DNA of 64,000 bases from Bacilli bacterium (GCA_900768815.1 CAAGEE010000009.1:12930-76929), one strand, 5' to 3'. Positions 21,332 through 31,023 are shown, counted from the first letter of the stretch. Numbers and translations are program-made. The notes: generated by a model from the sequence alone, not told the origin.

Positions 21332-23370
21332 AAAAGAAATTTTTAATAATTTTAATTCCACTTCTAATAGCAAGTTTCTTATTTGTTGTCGTTTATCGTC
21401 ATTATAATAAAGAGGATAAAACTACAACACTAACAGTATCTGAAAAAAGATGGGTTCAAAAAAACAAAGATAAAACTTATGACTTTGAAGTAGTAAATGA
21501 CTATCCATTATATGGAATGAATGGTGAAGGAGTAATCTTTAATTTTTTAGATGACTTTCAAAAAAATGTTGGTATTGAGTTTAATAAAATACCATACTTA
21601 AAAACATCATCCCCTTCAGCTAATAGTTATCGTATTGAAATATTGAATAATGATGCTACTTTAAAAGATAATAACTTATTCTTATTTAATGATAACTACA
21701 TTGTGGTTGGAAAAACATATGAAAGAATTAATAGTACTAAAGATATGCGAAATACTATTTTTGGAGTTTTTGGAGAAGATGCTGATGAAATAAGTTACTA
21801 CTTAAAAGGTGGAAACAACTTATCATATAAATCTTATAAAGACATCACTAGTTTATATACAGCTTTAGATAACAATGAAGTAAATATGATAGTAGTACCA
21901 AATATTATGTATTTAGATTATACAATTGAAAAGAATAAATACTTTATTAACTACTATTTAACAGAGATGAAAAAACAAATAGTTCTAACTTTAAGTGATG
22001 ATAATAAAGAACTAAATAAAATAGTAACAAAGTACTATAATAAATGGCGTTTAACTGCCTATACAAAAGAATATAATAAAGCTTATTTAGATTATTATTT
22101 ATTAAAGAATAATCTAAGTGCTAAAGAAAAGTCTTCTTTAATATCAAAAAACTATACTTATGGTTTTGTTTCTAATACACCATATGAAGTATTAGTAAAT
22201 GGAAATTTAGCTGGTATAGCAGGAGAATACATTGAACGTATTGCCAGACTTGCTGATATTAACTTTAAATATAAAGAATATAAAACAAAAGAAGAATTAC
22301 AAAAAGCTATTGATAAAGGTGAAATAGACGTTTACTTTGATTATTATAATTATAATAATGATAAGTACTATGCTACTTTATCGACATTTATAGAACAATA
22401 CGTTGTCTTAGGCTATCAAAAAGATAATCATATTGTTAATTCATTTGAAAGCCTAAAAGGTCAAGACATAGTTATGCTAAAAGAAGATTCATTATATAAC
22501 TATTTCTCAACTAATTCACGTGCTAATATAAAAGGTTATGATACTATTGATAAATTATTAAAGAACGCTGGTAATAAATTAATAGTCTTAGACCGAGAAA
22601 TTTATAATAATTATCAAACTACCAAGTTTAAAGACTTTAACTTATTATATTTAGATAATATGTTAAATGATTATAAATTCATGGTTAAAAAGAATAATGA
22701 AGCCTTCTATGACTTATTTAATTACATTATTAATACCAATTCATATTATAATTACAGAAATGCCGGAATTGAAAACTTACATGCTTCAATTCTAGAAGGT
22801 TCAACATTCCAACAAGTATATACCATAGTCTTAGCAATTGTCTTTATACCACTAGCAGTACTTCTAGTTGTTTACTTAATTTTAAAGAAAAAAAGAAAAG
22901 TAAAGAAAGTAAAGACAAGTGAAAGACATAAATATACAGACATGCTTACATCATTAAAAAATAGAAATTACTTAAATGCTAAAATGCCAGAATGGGAAGA
23001 TTGTAATGTATTTCCACAAGCAATAGTAATGGTAGATTTAAATAATGTAAAATATGTCAATGATAATTTTGGTCATGAAGAAGGAGATCAATTAATCATA
23101 AAAGCCGCAGGAATTCTAGTAAATACTCAATTAGAAAACAGCGAAATCATGCGTACTGATGGTAATGAGTTTTTGATTTACTTAGTTGGTTACAGCGAAA
23201 GACAAGTAGAAACTTATACTAAGAAAATTGCTAAAGAAATGAAAGGTTTACCACATGAATTTGGTGGAGCAGTAGGTTATAGTATGATTCTAGATAAAAT
23301 AAAAACTATAGATGATGCTATAAATGAAGCTACAATCCAAATGATAGCAAATAAAGAAGATTTAAAATAA
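21328..23370 (+). CDS. membrane protein with a large extracytoplasmic sensor region and a C-terminal GGDEF-like domain with a degenerate active site (RTDGNEF)
   Basis: TM near residues 5-25 and 497-517. The GGDEF-domain half has DLNNVKYVNDNFGHEEGDQ but RTDGNEF in place of RxGGDEF. Confidence 0.7.
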   Translation: MKKKFLIILIPLLIASFLFVVVYRHYNKEDKTTTLTVSEKRWVQKNKDKTYDFEVVNDYPLYGMNGEGVIFNFLDDFQKNVGIEFNKIPYLKTSSPSANSYRIEILNNDATLKDNNLFLFNDNYIVVGKTYERINSTKDMRNTIFGVFGEDADEISYYLKGGNNLSYKSYKDITSLYTALDNNEVNMIVVPNIMYLDYTIEKNKYFINYYLTEMKKQIVLTLSDDNKELNKIVTKYYNKWRLTAYTKEYNKAYLDYYLLKNNLSAKEKSSLISKNYTYGFVSNTPYEVLVNGNLAGIAGEYIERIARLADINFKYKEYKTKEELQKAIDKGEIDVYFDYYNYNNDKYYATLSTFIEQYVVLGYQKDNHIVNSFESLKGQDIVMLKEDSLYNYFSTNSRANIKGYDTIDKLLKNAGNKLIVLDREIYNNYQTTKFKDFNLLYLDNMLNDYKFMVKKNNEAFYDLFNYIINTNSYYNYRNAGIENLHASILEGSTFQQVYTIVLAIVFIPLAVLLVVYLILKKKRKVKKVKTSERHKYTDMLTSLKNRNYLNAKMPEWEDCNVFPQAIVMVDLNNVKYVNDNFGHEEGDQLIIKAAGILVNTQLENSEIMRTDGNEFLIYLVGYSERQVETYTKKIAKEMKGLPHEFGGAVGYSMILDKIKTIDDAINEATIQMIANKEDLK

Positions 23371-23383
23371 GAGGTTGATAAAG

Positions 23384-24220
23384 ATGGAGCGAGCAAAAGG
23401 GTTCTTGAGGAAAGTAATTAATTTAATTAAAAAGCCTGAGATGAGAATTTTACCTGGAAATCTCGCTTTTTTCTTTGTCTTATCCCTTATTCCTATAGTT
23501 GCACTTTTAGGTGCGCTAGCAACAAAATTTTCTATTTCCTTAGAAATAGTAAAAAATGCCTTAAACATCTCTATTCCAGTTGGAGTAGAAGACTTTATTA
23601 AAGGAATAATATCAGGAAAAGGTTTAAATTTTAATATTGGCATATTCTTTTTGTCAGCATTCTTACTAGCCTCAAATGGTACACATTCAATTATAGTAGC
23701 CTCAAATGAAATATATAAAATAAAACCAAAAGATGTTGTAAGTCGCCGTATAAAAGCTATTCTATTGACTATAATCCTAGTGGAAGTAATGTTCTTCTTA
23801 CTAGTAATACCAGTATTTGGAGATAGTATATTTAATTTACTACGTACATCATTTGATAATTCAGTAACTGTAGAATTACTATTTAAAATATATAAATTAT
23901 TAAAGTATCCAATAAGTATAATTATAATTTATTTCAATATAAAACTAATATACGTAATAGCACCAGATGAAGAAATAGGAAGTAGAACCACTACTAAAGG
24001 TTCTATCTTTACTACGATAAGTTGGATATTATGTTCAGAAATATATTCATTTTATTTAGATACATTTACTAAATATGATATTTTTTATGGAAGTATTTCT
24101 AATATTATAATTTTATTACTATGGGTATATATGCTGTCTTACATATTTGTTTTAGGATTAGTAATAAATGCTGGTAGTTATCAAAATGAAAAAAATTATT
24201 TAAAAGAAAGTACTGACTAA
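23384..24220 (+). CDS. YihY/BrkB family membrane protein (RNase BN-like, so-called virulence factor BrkB family)
   Basis: …RILPGNLAFFFVLSLIPIVALLGAL… at the N-terminus and ~6 TM. Start at the ATG at 23384 (AAGAGG RBS); the ORF-track TTG at 23375 is also possible. Confidence 0.65.
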   Translation: MERAKGFLRKVINLIKKPEMRILPGNLAFFFVLSLIPIVALLGALATKFSISLEIVKNALNISIPVGVEDFIKGIISGKGLNFNIGIFFLSAFLLASNGTHSIIVASNEIYKIKPKDVVSRRIKAILLTIILVEVMFFLLVIPVFGDSIFNLLRTSFDNSVTVELLFKIYKLLKYPISIIIIYFNIKLIYVIAPDEEIGSRTTTKGSIFTTISWILCSEIYSFYLDTFTKYDIFYGSISNIIILLLWVYMLSYIFVLGLVINAGSYQNEKNYLKESTD

Positions 24221-24304
24221 AAAACAGTACTTTTCTTCTTTAATACAAAAGTATTAACTCTGTTGTCTAATATAACTTCAATTCGCAAAGTAAATAATTA
24301 ATAA

Positions 24305-24334
24305 AAAAATCGACACAAAAATGTCGATTTTTAA
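24305..24334 (+). terminator. rho-independent terminator (ATCGACA-caaaaa-TGTCGAT plus TTTT)
   Basis: Perfect 7-bp inverted repeat followed by a T-run. Confidence 0.55.
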
Positions 24335-24354
24335 TATGGAAGGAGGTGTATAAT

Positions 24355-24525
24355 ATGAAGGATGAAATAGTTGGTAAATTATATTTAAAGAATGAAAATG
24401 AGTATCGTAAGCATATTAATAATTTAAAAAAGAAGTACGGAAATAAAATTCCATACGAAGAATTATATAAATTCGTTTTTGATTGGGAAATTAAATATAC
24501 TAACGCAAATAAAGCAAACTATTAG
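24355..24525 (+). CDS. unannotated 56-aa ORF (MKDEIVGKLYLKNENEYRKHINNLKKKYGNKIPYEELYKFVFDWEIKYTNANKANY)
   Basis: Strong RBS AGGAGGTG 6 nt before the ATG. Below the 60-aa cutoff of the supplied ORF track. Confidence 0.4.
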   Translation: MKDEIVGKLYLKNENEYRKHINNLKKKYGNKIPYEELYKFVFDWEIKYTNANKANY

Positions 24526-24703
24526 CTGAATTAGTATCAATTTTCAATTCTTCTTTACATTTAGGGCATTGTGTAATGAAAATGCTATTTTTAAAAAAGG
24601 TTCTAGTGTCTACTTTCCAAGTATGTCCACAATGATAACATTCCATCGGCATTTTAGGATTTTCCATTGCATATTTGTTAATAAGTTCATCTCTTGTTTT
24701 CAT
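24500..24703 (-). CDS. small zinc-ribbon protein (YgiT/MqsA-N-like CxxC…CxxC finger)
   Basis: CYHCGH…CPKCKEE. RBS GGAGG upstream (AATTGGAGGCGAATTCATG on the - strand). Confidence 0.45.
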   Translation of the reverse strand: MKTRDELINKYAMENPKMPMECYHCGHTWKVDTRTFFKNSIFITQCPKCKEELKIDTNSANSLLYLR

Positions 24704-24754
24704 GAATTCGCCTCCAATTATTATAAATAATATAATACGCTAAGAAAGGAAAAT

Positions 24755-24943
24755 CTATTTGTTTTCCTTCTTCTTTGGCTTTTCTTCCATATTTTCTAAA
24801 GCATATTCACATGCTTGTATTACAAAACTAGAAAATGATATATTCTTACCTTTGATTTCTTCTTCAATTTTATTAATTAAAGGTAATGGAAATCTAATGG
24901 TTTTATTCTCCGTTTCAATCTTATTATCTCTTATTTTAAACAT
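24755..24943 (-). CDS. small ribbon-helix-helix (Arc/CopG-like) DNA-binding protein
   Basis: TIRFPLPLINKIEEEIKGKNISFSSFVIQACEYAL gives a beta-strand then helices, typical of RHH. RBS GGAGG upstream. Confidence 0.4.
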   Translation of the reverse strand: MFKIRDNKIETENKTIRFPLPLINKIEEEIKGKNISFSSFVIQACEYALENMEEKPKKKENK

Positions 24944-25058
24944 ACTTTTACCTCCATACCTATGGTATTACAAAAAATAAATAAAGTAAGCATTGCAAAA
25001 TGTATTGCAAATAGCAAAGATATTTGGTATCATATAGTTAAGAAAAGGAGTAAGGAGT

Positions 25059-25595
25059 ATGTCAGAAGTAAAATGTAAAAAATGTGGATGTGAAATTGAA
25101 GAAGGAATGGAATATTGTTCAAAATGTAGTGAAAAGAAGAAAAAGAATATTTTAAAAAATAAGAAATTTTTGGTTATTATAGGAATAGCAGTATTAATTG
25201 CAGTTTTATCAATTACAATAGTAATAATTCATAATAAAGTACAAAGAGAAAAGGAAGCTGCCGAACAAGAGAGATATAATAATCTCCCAATAAAAGTTGA
25301 TATTTCAATGACTTCATATTTTGGAAATATTGAGTACATACTTTATGAATTGGATTTAGATTTTGACCTTGTTACTATGGGAGCTAATTGCTTTACAGGG
25401 GTGCAAAAAGGTGAATTTAGGACTGAAAAATATGGCATTCTACATACGGAATTTAGATATTGTAAGAGTAATTATACTAAAACATTTAGAGTTTATAATG
25501 ATATGAAAGACCAAGAGTTACGAGACCCAAAACCAGGTGAATTAGCAGAGTTTGATAAGTATGGAGAAAAGATTACAAATAATAATACAATATAG
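25059..25595 (+). CDS. zinc-ribbon (CxxC-x12-CxxC) protein with one TM and an extracytoplasmic C-terminal domain
   Basis: KCKKCGCEIEEGMEYCSKCS, then the TM FLVIIGIAVLIAVLSITIVII. RBS AAGGAG. Confidence 0.5.
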   Translation: MSEVKCKKCGCEIEEGMEYCSKCSEKKKKNILKNKKFLVIIGIAVLIAVLSITIVIIHNKVQREKEAAEQERYNNLPIKVDISMTSYFGNIEYILYELDLDFDLVTMGANCFTGVQKGEFRTEKYGILHTEFRYCKSNYTKTFRVYNDMKDQELRDPKPGELAEFDKYGEKITNNNTI

Positions 25596-27086
25596 ATAAT
25601 AATTATTCTTCATCATTTTAGAACTTGTAACAGTCGTCGCTGGGCTTCAATGCTACAGGACGGAAATAGTTCTAATATTTTAGATATACTGAATATGGCA
25701 AATTCATCATCAGCATAAAAAACTAAGTAAGGCATAGCAACTGGTTGATAATTATTTAAAATTACTGGTAAAGATTTATGAGAATATTGTTCTCCTTCTG
25801 GCATTAATATGTATAGTTGGAAGAATAAATATCCAAATAAAACCATAATTATATGTAATGCTATCATATTAATTTTTGTACTTTTAAAGTCTTGTAGTTT
25901 CCAGAAATCCTTTAATTGACGGTAGTCTTCTTCAATTTCAGGTCTCAATTCATATGTCGTTATAATTTGTTTTGCACTTACTGTTGTGTCAGTAGTAATA
26001 AATACGAAATAAGAGTCTGTTTTAGTGTCCCAAACAACACAAGAATTAATTTCCACGTCGTCATTTTCATTATATTTTTTGCGAGATTGTGCTACGTCAG
26101 ACCACCAATAATTTTTAAGATTAGGTACAAATGCAATCTTTTGCTTTTCGCGGCTAGGGTGTTGTTCCCATTTGTTTTCTTCTTTGGCAATTTGTATTGC
26201 AATTTGATATGCGTTCATATTACTTCTTAATGGTACATAAATATCAATTTTTCTTTCATTTTTTAAATAATTTATTAAGCTTCTATCAAGAAAACCTCTA
26301 TCTTCAATTAGGATATCTCCAGGATTAAATACTTTCGTATTTTTTAACATATTCCTACTTAACTCTAAATCGTGAACATTCATTGCTCCAAATTCTATCT
26401 CTTCAATTATACCCGTATCTTCAACAATTCCACGTAGGGATGCTAGTTTATAACCGCGGTCAGCATCACCATATTTATTGGTTGTTACGGCAGATTGTTC
26501 GTAGTTATTATTATCAAGATTTACAGACAATTCAGTGCTATCAAGAATATGAATATTAGGTTTGTAATTTAGTTTTGGCATAATTTGTTCTTGTACGACT
26601 TCGTTGTATGATTTAAACAATTCTTTTGCTTCATATTTTCCAAATAGAAAACGCAAACTGCTTTCGGTCATCATACCAGCCTTTAAATCTTTTTCTGTAT
26701 CAATAATATTATAACCTAATTCAGCCAACACTCTATGGTCTGTGATAGCATAAGGAACATCACAAATGCTAGTATTTGTTTTCATTTTAGCTGCTACAGA
26801 TAAAGCCATTACTAATTCAAATGGTATAGTTTTATTGTGTGCTCTTTTATCAGGCAATTTATTTGCAAGACAAGCAAGTATTCCGCTTTTGTGCATACTT
26901 AAAATAATGTCATCCACTAAATTAGACACACTTGCCGCAACATTATCAAAAGCTCCTGTATAAATTTTCCTTAAAACCGACTCTTTATTCTCTTTACATA
27001 TCTTAATCATATCAAAAACCTCCCTGAAATAAGACAACACCATTTATTTTTATGTAATATCATAGTATAATTATATTAATAAATCA
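25596..27086 (-). mobile_element. IS4-family insertion sequence; ends not resolved and no clear terminal inverted repeats recognised by eye
   Basis: A single DDE transposase gene fills the interval between two unrelated small genes. Boundaries are approximate. Confidence 0.4.
25613..27010 (-). CDS. IS4-family DDE transposase (DDE_Tnp_1)
   Basis: D (ILDSTEL), D (LIEDRGFLD), and the IS4 signature Y-x2-R-x3-E-x6-K (YELRPEIEEDYRQLKDF). I chose the start at MIKICK (27010) with a GGGAGG RBS. Confidence 0.7.
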   Translation of the reverse strand: MIKICKENKESVLRKIYTGAFDNVAASVSNLVDDIILSMHKSGILACLANKLPDKRAHNKTIPFELVMALSVAAKMKTNTSICDVPYAITDHRVLAELGYNIIDTEKDLKAGMMTESSLRFLFGKYEAKELFKSYNEVVQEQIMPKLNYKPNIHILDSTELSVNLDNNNYEQSAVTTNKYGDADRGYKLASLRGIVEDTGIIEEIEFGAMNVHDLELSRNMLKNTKVFNPGDILIEDRGFLDRSLINYLKNERKIDIYVPLRSNMNAYQIAIQIAKEENKWEQHPSREKQKIAFVPNLKNYWWSDVAQSRKKYNENDDVEINSCVVWDTKTDSYFVFITTDTTVSAKQIITTYELRPEIEEDYRQLKDFWKLQDFKSTKINMIALHIIMVLFGYLFFQLYILMPEGEQYSHKSLPVILNNYQPVAMPYLVFYADDEFAIFSISKILELFPSCSIEAQRRLLQVLK

Positions 27087-27107
27087 ATGAAACCGAAGGA
27101 GGTTTAT

Positions 27108-27368
27108 ATGAGAACAGTAAGAAAAGGTATGTTTGGAACAATATCTAACATAAATACATATACAGATGTTGATATTGGCATTCGTTTAAGAGATACAAGA
27201 AAGAAAAATAGATATACAATAGAACAATTAGCAAAAGAGCTAGAAGTAAGTGAAGAAACTATACAAGCTTGGGAAGATAGTTTAGCCCTTCCAGCGGATA
27301 AATATGTTGAAAAATTATCAAAACTTTATAAGGTCAAAAAAGATTACTTGTTAGGATTAGACAAGTAA
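27108..27368 (+). CDS. XRE/Cro-C1-type HTH transcriptional regulator (small)
   Basis: …IGIRLRDTRKKNRYTIEQLAKELEVSEETIQAWE… RBS GGAGG 7 nt before the ATG at 27108. Confidence 0.7.
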   Translation: MRTVRKGMFGTISNINTYTDVDIGIRLRDTRKKNRYTIEQLAKELEVSEETIQAWEDSLALPADKYVEKLSKLYKVKKDYLLGLDK

Positions 27369-27388
27369 GTTAAGGAGTGGTGATTTAG

Positions 27389-28084
27389 GTGAAACAAAAT
27401 TATATATGTCCATTTTGTAATTCTTCAGTGCCAATTACTTTTGAGACTGAAAGAAAAGAACGAAGTTGCTTTGGGCATGACCCTCATTATGAAAATGATA
27501 GTCGACCAAGGTATAAAAATGTTTTTGATATATATATTCATCATTGTCCAACTTGTGACAATGTTAGTTTTATTGCCGAAGGTAAATACAATCTCAAAGG
27601 AATAAAAATACCTATGTATCCAACTTCACTCGCAAAACAATTTCCTGATTATATCCCTAAAGCTATAAAAGAGGACTATGAAGAAGCTTATTCAATCTTA
27701 TCTTTAAGTCCTAAGGCATCTGCAACGTTAAGTCGAAGATGTTTACAAGGAATGATTAGAGATTTTTGGAAAATAAAAGTTAAATCAGGAAAATTATATG
27801 ATGAAATAAACGCAATCAAGGATAAGATTTCGCCAGCACAATGGAAAGCAATAGACTCATTACGTTCTTTAGGAAATATTGGTGCACATATGGAAAAAAA
27901 TGTTAATGAAATAGTTGAAATTGATGATGGCGAAGCCGAAAAACTTATAAAACTTATTGAGTTATTGATAGAAAAATGGTATATTGCCAAACACGATGAA
28001 GAAGAACTTTATAATTCTATTATCGAAATAAAGACTGAAAAAAGTTCTAAAAAAATGAGTGAAGAATTAGAACCTCAACTGTAA
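27389..28084 (+). CDS. N-terminal zinc ribbon fused to a DUF4145-like domain (candidate defence/abortive-infection protein)
   Basis: CPFC…CPTC, then …LSRRCLQGMIRDFW…LRSLGNIGAHMEK…LIELLIEKWY, which matches my recollection of DUF4145 (restriction-enzyme-associated). RBS AAGGAGTGGTG. Confidence 0.55.
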   Translation: MKQNYICPFCNSSVPITFETERKERSCFGHDPHYENDSRPRYKNVFDIYIHHCPTCDNVSFIAEGKYNLKGIKIPMYPTSLAKQFPDYIPKAIKEDYEEAYSILSLSPKASATLSRRCLQGMIRDFWKIKVKSGKLYDEINAIKDKISPAQWKAIDSLRSLGNIGAHMEKNVNEIVEIDDGEAEKLIKLIELLIEKWYIAKHDEEELYNSIIEIKTEKSSKKMSEELEPQL

Positions 28085-28164
28085 AATAATCTATTATACT
28101 AGGTTATTTTTATTTTTTGAAGAGAAAATCTACTTTGCGAATTGAAGTAATATAATTACATAGA

Positions 28165-28193
28165 TTGAAAAAAACTAATCATAATGCTATAAT
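28165..28193 (+). promoter_or_regulatory. sigma-A-type promoter (TTGAAA, 17 nt, TATAAT) for ltaS
   Basis: Consensus -10 and a good -35, 22 nt upstream of the 28215 start. Confidence 0.5.
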
Positions 28194-28214
28194 ATATACT
28201 AGCGAGGTTGAAAT

Positions 28215-30302
28215 ATGAAAAGAATTAAATTTAGATTGAAAAATGCAATAAAAAAAGCAAAAAACGCACTAATAAAAGCTAAGAACAATCATGTTATCAG
28301 TGAATATATAAAAAATAATCAACTATTCTTAATATATGTAATAACTTGTCTAATAAACGCTACTATGTTAAGATTCTTCTGTATTCATTCGATGGCCAAT
28401 TATTTATCAATAAAAGCAATCATGGGAGACTTAGCAGTAATAGTAATTTTAGGTTCATTCGGTTACTTATGTCATCCTAAAAATAGATTTACATATTACT
28501 TAATAATGGATATATTTCTAAGTGCTATATGTATGATTAATTCTGTATATTATACATTCTATTCATCATTTGCATCAGTATCAATGTTATCACTGACACA
28601 GTATATTGGTGATGTAGGAGATGCGGTTGTAGAAAATGTATTACAATTAAAAGACTTAGTATATGTCATCGGACCACTTGTTTTAATACTTTGGCATGTT
28701 AAATTAAAAAAGAAAAATTACTACAAAAAGATTGAGTCAAAGTCAACACGTAAAAAGAAAATGACTAGTACACTTATTACAGGAACTGCAATTCTAGGAC
28801 TATTTATTGTAACTCTAACATCACTAGATGTTTCAAGATTTGTAAAACAATGGAATAAAGAATATATAGTTACAAGATTTGGTATTTATATTTATCAAAG
28901 TAATGATTTAGTATCATCTCTTCAACCAAAATTAAATTCAATGTTTGGTTATGATAAAGCTAAGAAAACATTTAATGATTATTTTGCTAATAGGGAAGCT
29001 CCTAAAACTAATGAATATACAGGTATATTTAAAAATAAAAACATCTTAGTAATTCATGCTGAAAGTATACAAAATAATGTAATTGGTCTAGAGTTTAATG
29101 GTGAGGAAGTAAGTCCAAACTTAAACAAACTAGCTAAAGAGGGAATGTATTTTTCAAACTACTTTTCACAAGTTAGTGTTGGTACAAGTAGTGATACAGA
29201 ACTAACTTTCTCTACATCATTAATGCCAACTAAGTCTGGTACAGCTTTTGTTTCATACTCAGACAGAACTTATAATTCTATTCCAAAATTACTAAGTGAA
29301 CAAGGTTACTATACATTTAGTATGCATGCTAATAATGCAGATTTCTGGAATCGTCGAACTATGCATAACAGTTTAGGTTATAAAAGATTCTATAGTAAAA
29401 AAGATTATAAAGTAACCCCAGAAACAACTATTGGTCTAGGTTTATCAGATAAAGACTTCTTTAAACAATCAATTCCAAAACTAGTAAAAATAAACGAAAA
29501 ACATGACAACTGGTACGGTCTAATGATAATGTTAACTAACCATACACCATTCTCAGACACAGAAAAGTATGGAGAATATGCTGTTGATATGAAAGAAACA
29601 ATCACTAATGAAGATGGTACAACAGAAGAAGTTGTTCATCCATATATGGAAGGAACTAAATTAGGAAATTACTTCAAATCAGTTCATTATGCTGACAGTG
29701 CTCTAGGTCAATTATTTGAAGACTTAGATGCTAATGGTCTATTAGATAATACCGTAGTAGTATTATATGGTGACCATGATGCTAGACTTCCTAGAAAAGA
29801 TTATGATTTATTATATAATTATGATAAGAAAACAAATTCTGTTCTAAGCAAAGATGATCCTAACTATAAAGAATATGATTCATACCAATATGAATTAGGT
29901 AGAAAAGTACCATTCATAATTTGGACAAAAGATATGGCTGGCTCAAAGTATAACATGGAAGTAACAGAAGTTATGGGTATGTATGATGCTATGCCAACCC
30001 TTGGTAATATGTTTGGCTTCTATAACGAATATCAACTAGGACATGACATATTTAATGTAATAGGTAGTAATATAGTATGCTTTCCTAATGGTAACTGGGT
30101 AACAAATAAAGCTTATTACAATAGTCAAAAAGTAGAGTACTTATCATTAAATGGTGAGGCTATAAGTGAAGAAGAAATAAAGAAAAATACTGAATACACT
30201 AATAACTTACTAGATGTTTCAAATGACATAATTGTTTTCAATTTATTAGAAAAGAATGAAGAAAATAAAGTTACAATAAAACAAGTAGAGAAAGGAAGTT
30301 AA
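28215..30302 (+). CDS. ltaS: lipoteichoic acid synthase family protein (LtaS-type sulfatase-fold, 5 TM plus an extracellular catalytic domain)
   Basis: N-terminal 5 TM, then …NILVIHAESIQNN…GTSSDTELTFSTSLMP… (the LtaS active-site Thr region) and …VLYGDHD…. Confidence 0.8.
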   Translation: MKRIKFRLKNAIKKAKNALIKAKNNHVISEYIKNNQLFLIYVITCLINATMLRFFCIHSMANYLSIKAIMGDLAVIVILGSFGYLCHPKNRFTYYLIMDIFLSAICMINSVYYTFYSSFASVSMLSLTQYIGDVGDAVVENVLQLKDLVYVIGPLVLILWHVKLKKKNYYKKIESKSTRKKKMTSTLITGTAILGLFIVTLTSLDVSRFVKQWNKEYIVTRFGIYIYQSNDLVSSLQPKLNSMFGYDKAKKTFNDYFANREAPKTNEYTGIFKNKNILVIHAESIQNNVIGLEFNGEEVSPNLNKLAKEGMYFSNYFSQVSVGTSSDTELTFSTSLMPTKSGTAFVSYSDRTYNSIPKLLSEQGYYTFSMHANNADFWNRRTMHNSLGYKRFYSKKDYKVTPETTIGLGLSDKDFFKQSIPKLVKINEKHDNWYGLMIMLTNHTPFSDTEKYGEYAVDMKETITNEDGTTEEVVHPYMEGTKLGNYFKSVHYADSALGQLFEDLDANGLLDNTVVVLYGDHDARLPRKDYDLLYNYDKKTNSVLSKDDPNYKEYDSYQYELGRKVPFIIWTKDMAGSKYNMEVTEVMGMYDAMPTLGNMFGFYNEYQLGHDIFNVIGSNIVCFPNGNWVTNKAYYNSQKVEYLSLNGEAISEEEIKKNTEYTNNLLDVSNDIIVFNLLEKNEENKVTIKQVEKGS

Positions 30303-30303
30303 T

Positions 30304-30930
30304 ATGAAATTAAAAAAGAAAGCAAAAACGACCCTTATCGCCATAGTAGTAATATTAGTAGTTGCAGTAGTAGGAATATTTACTTATAAAACATTTTTTA
30401 GTAAACCAGTAATAAAAGAAGCTAAGGTCTTAAAAGAAATAAAAAACTATGGATATGTCTTAAAAGATAATAAAAGTAAAAAGTATCAAGCACTATTTAA
30501 AGATTTAGCGAAAATTCTAGAAAGTGATGAAGTTGATTATAAAGCTTATGCCTCTAAATTGGCTGAAATGTTTGTAGTAGACTTCTATTCACTATCAGAT
30601 AAAACAGCTAAAACAGATGTTGGTGGAGTAGATATAGTTCTTCCTGATATCTTAAATAACTTTTTAGAGAATGCTGAAAATACTTTTTATAAATATGTAG
30701 AAAGTAATATCTATAATAATAGAAAACAAAAACTACCAGAGGTAAATACAGTAGAAGTAGAGAGTGTAGAAAAAACAACTTTTACTTACAATGACACAAT
30801 CGATGAAAATGCCTATCAAGTAAAAGTTAAATGGGATTATACAGATAGTGACTTTGCTAATTATCAAAAAGAAGCAACACTAATATTTGTTAATAAAGAT
30901 AAAAAATTATACTTAGTAGAGTTAAAATAA
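30304..30930 (+). CDS. hypothetical membrane-anchored extracytoplasmic protein, translationally coupled to ltaS
   Basis: It starts 2 nt after the ltaS stop. N-terminal TM LIAIVVILVVAVVGIF. Confidence 0.5.
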   Translation: MKLKKKAKTTLIAIVVILVVAVVGIFTYKTFFSKPVIKEAKVLKEIKNYGYVLKDNKSKKYQALFKDLAKILESDEVDYKAYASKLAEMFVVDFYSLSDKTAKTDVGGVDIVLPDILNNFLENAENTFYKYVESNIYNNRKQKLPEVNTVEVESVEKTTFTYNDTIDENAYQVKVKWDYTDSDFANYQKEATLIFVNKDKKLYLVELK

Positions 30931-31023
30931 AAAGAAGCATCTAATATAGATGCTTTTAATATACAATCGAGCTTATTACATTAAAAGAACATCTCAACAT
31001 CTGAAATGTTCTTTTTTTTAGTT

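Noticed and set aside
23362-23643. 93-aa - strand ORF over the yihY 5' end
   Set aside because: It overlaps the RBS and start of a well-supported + strand gene and has no signals of its own.
25596-27086. Attempt to define the inverted repeats of the IS4 element by eye
   Set aside because: Only weak 8-bp matches (ATAATTAT) between the two flanks, embedded in AT-rich context; not convincing. The boundaries are left approximate.
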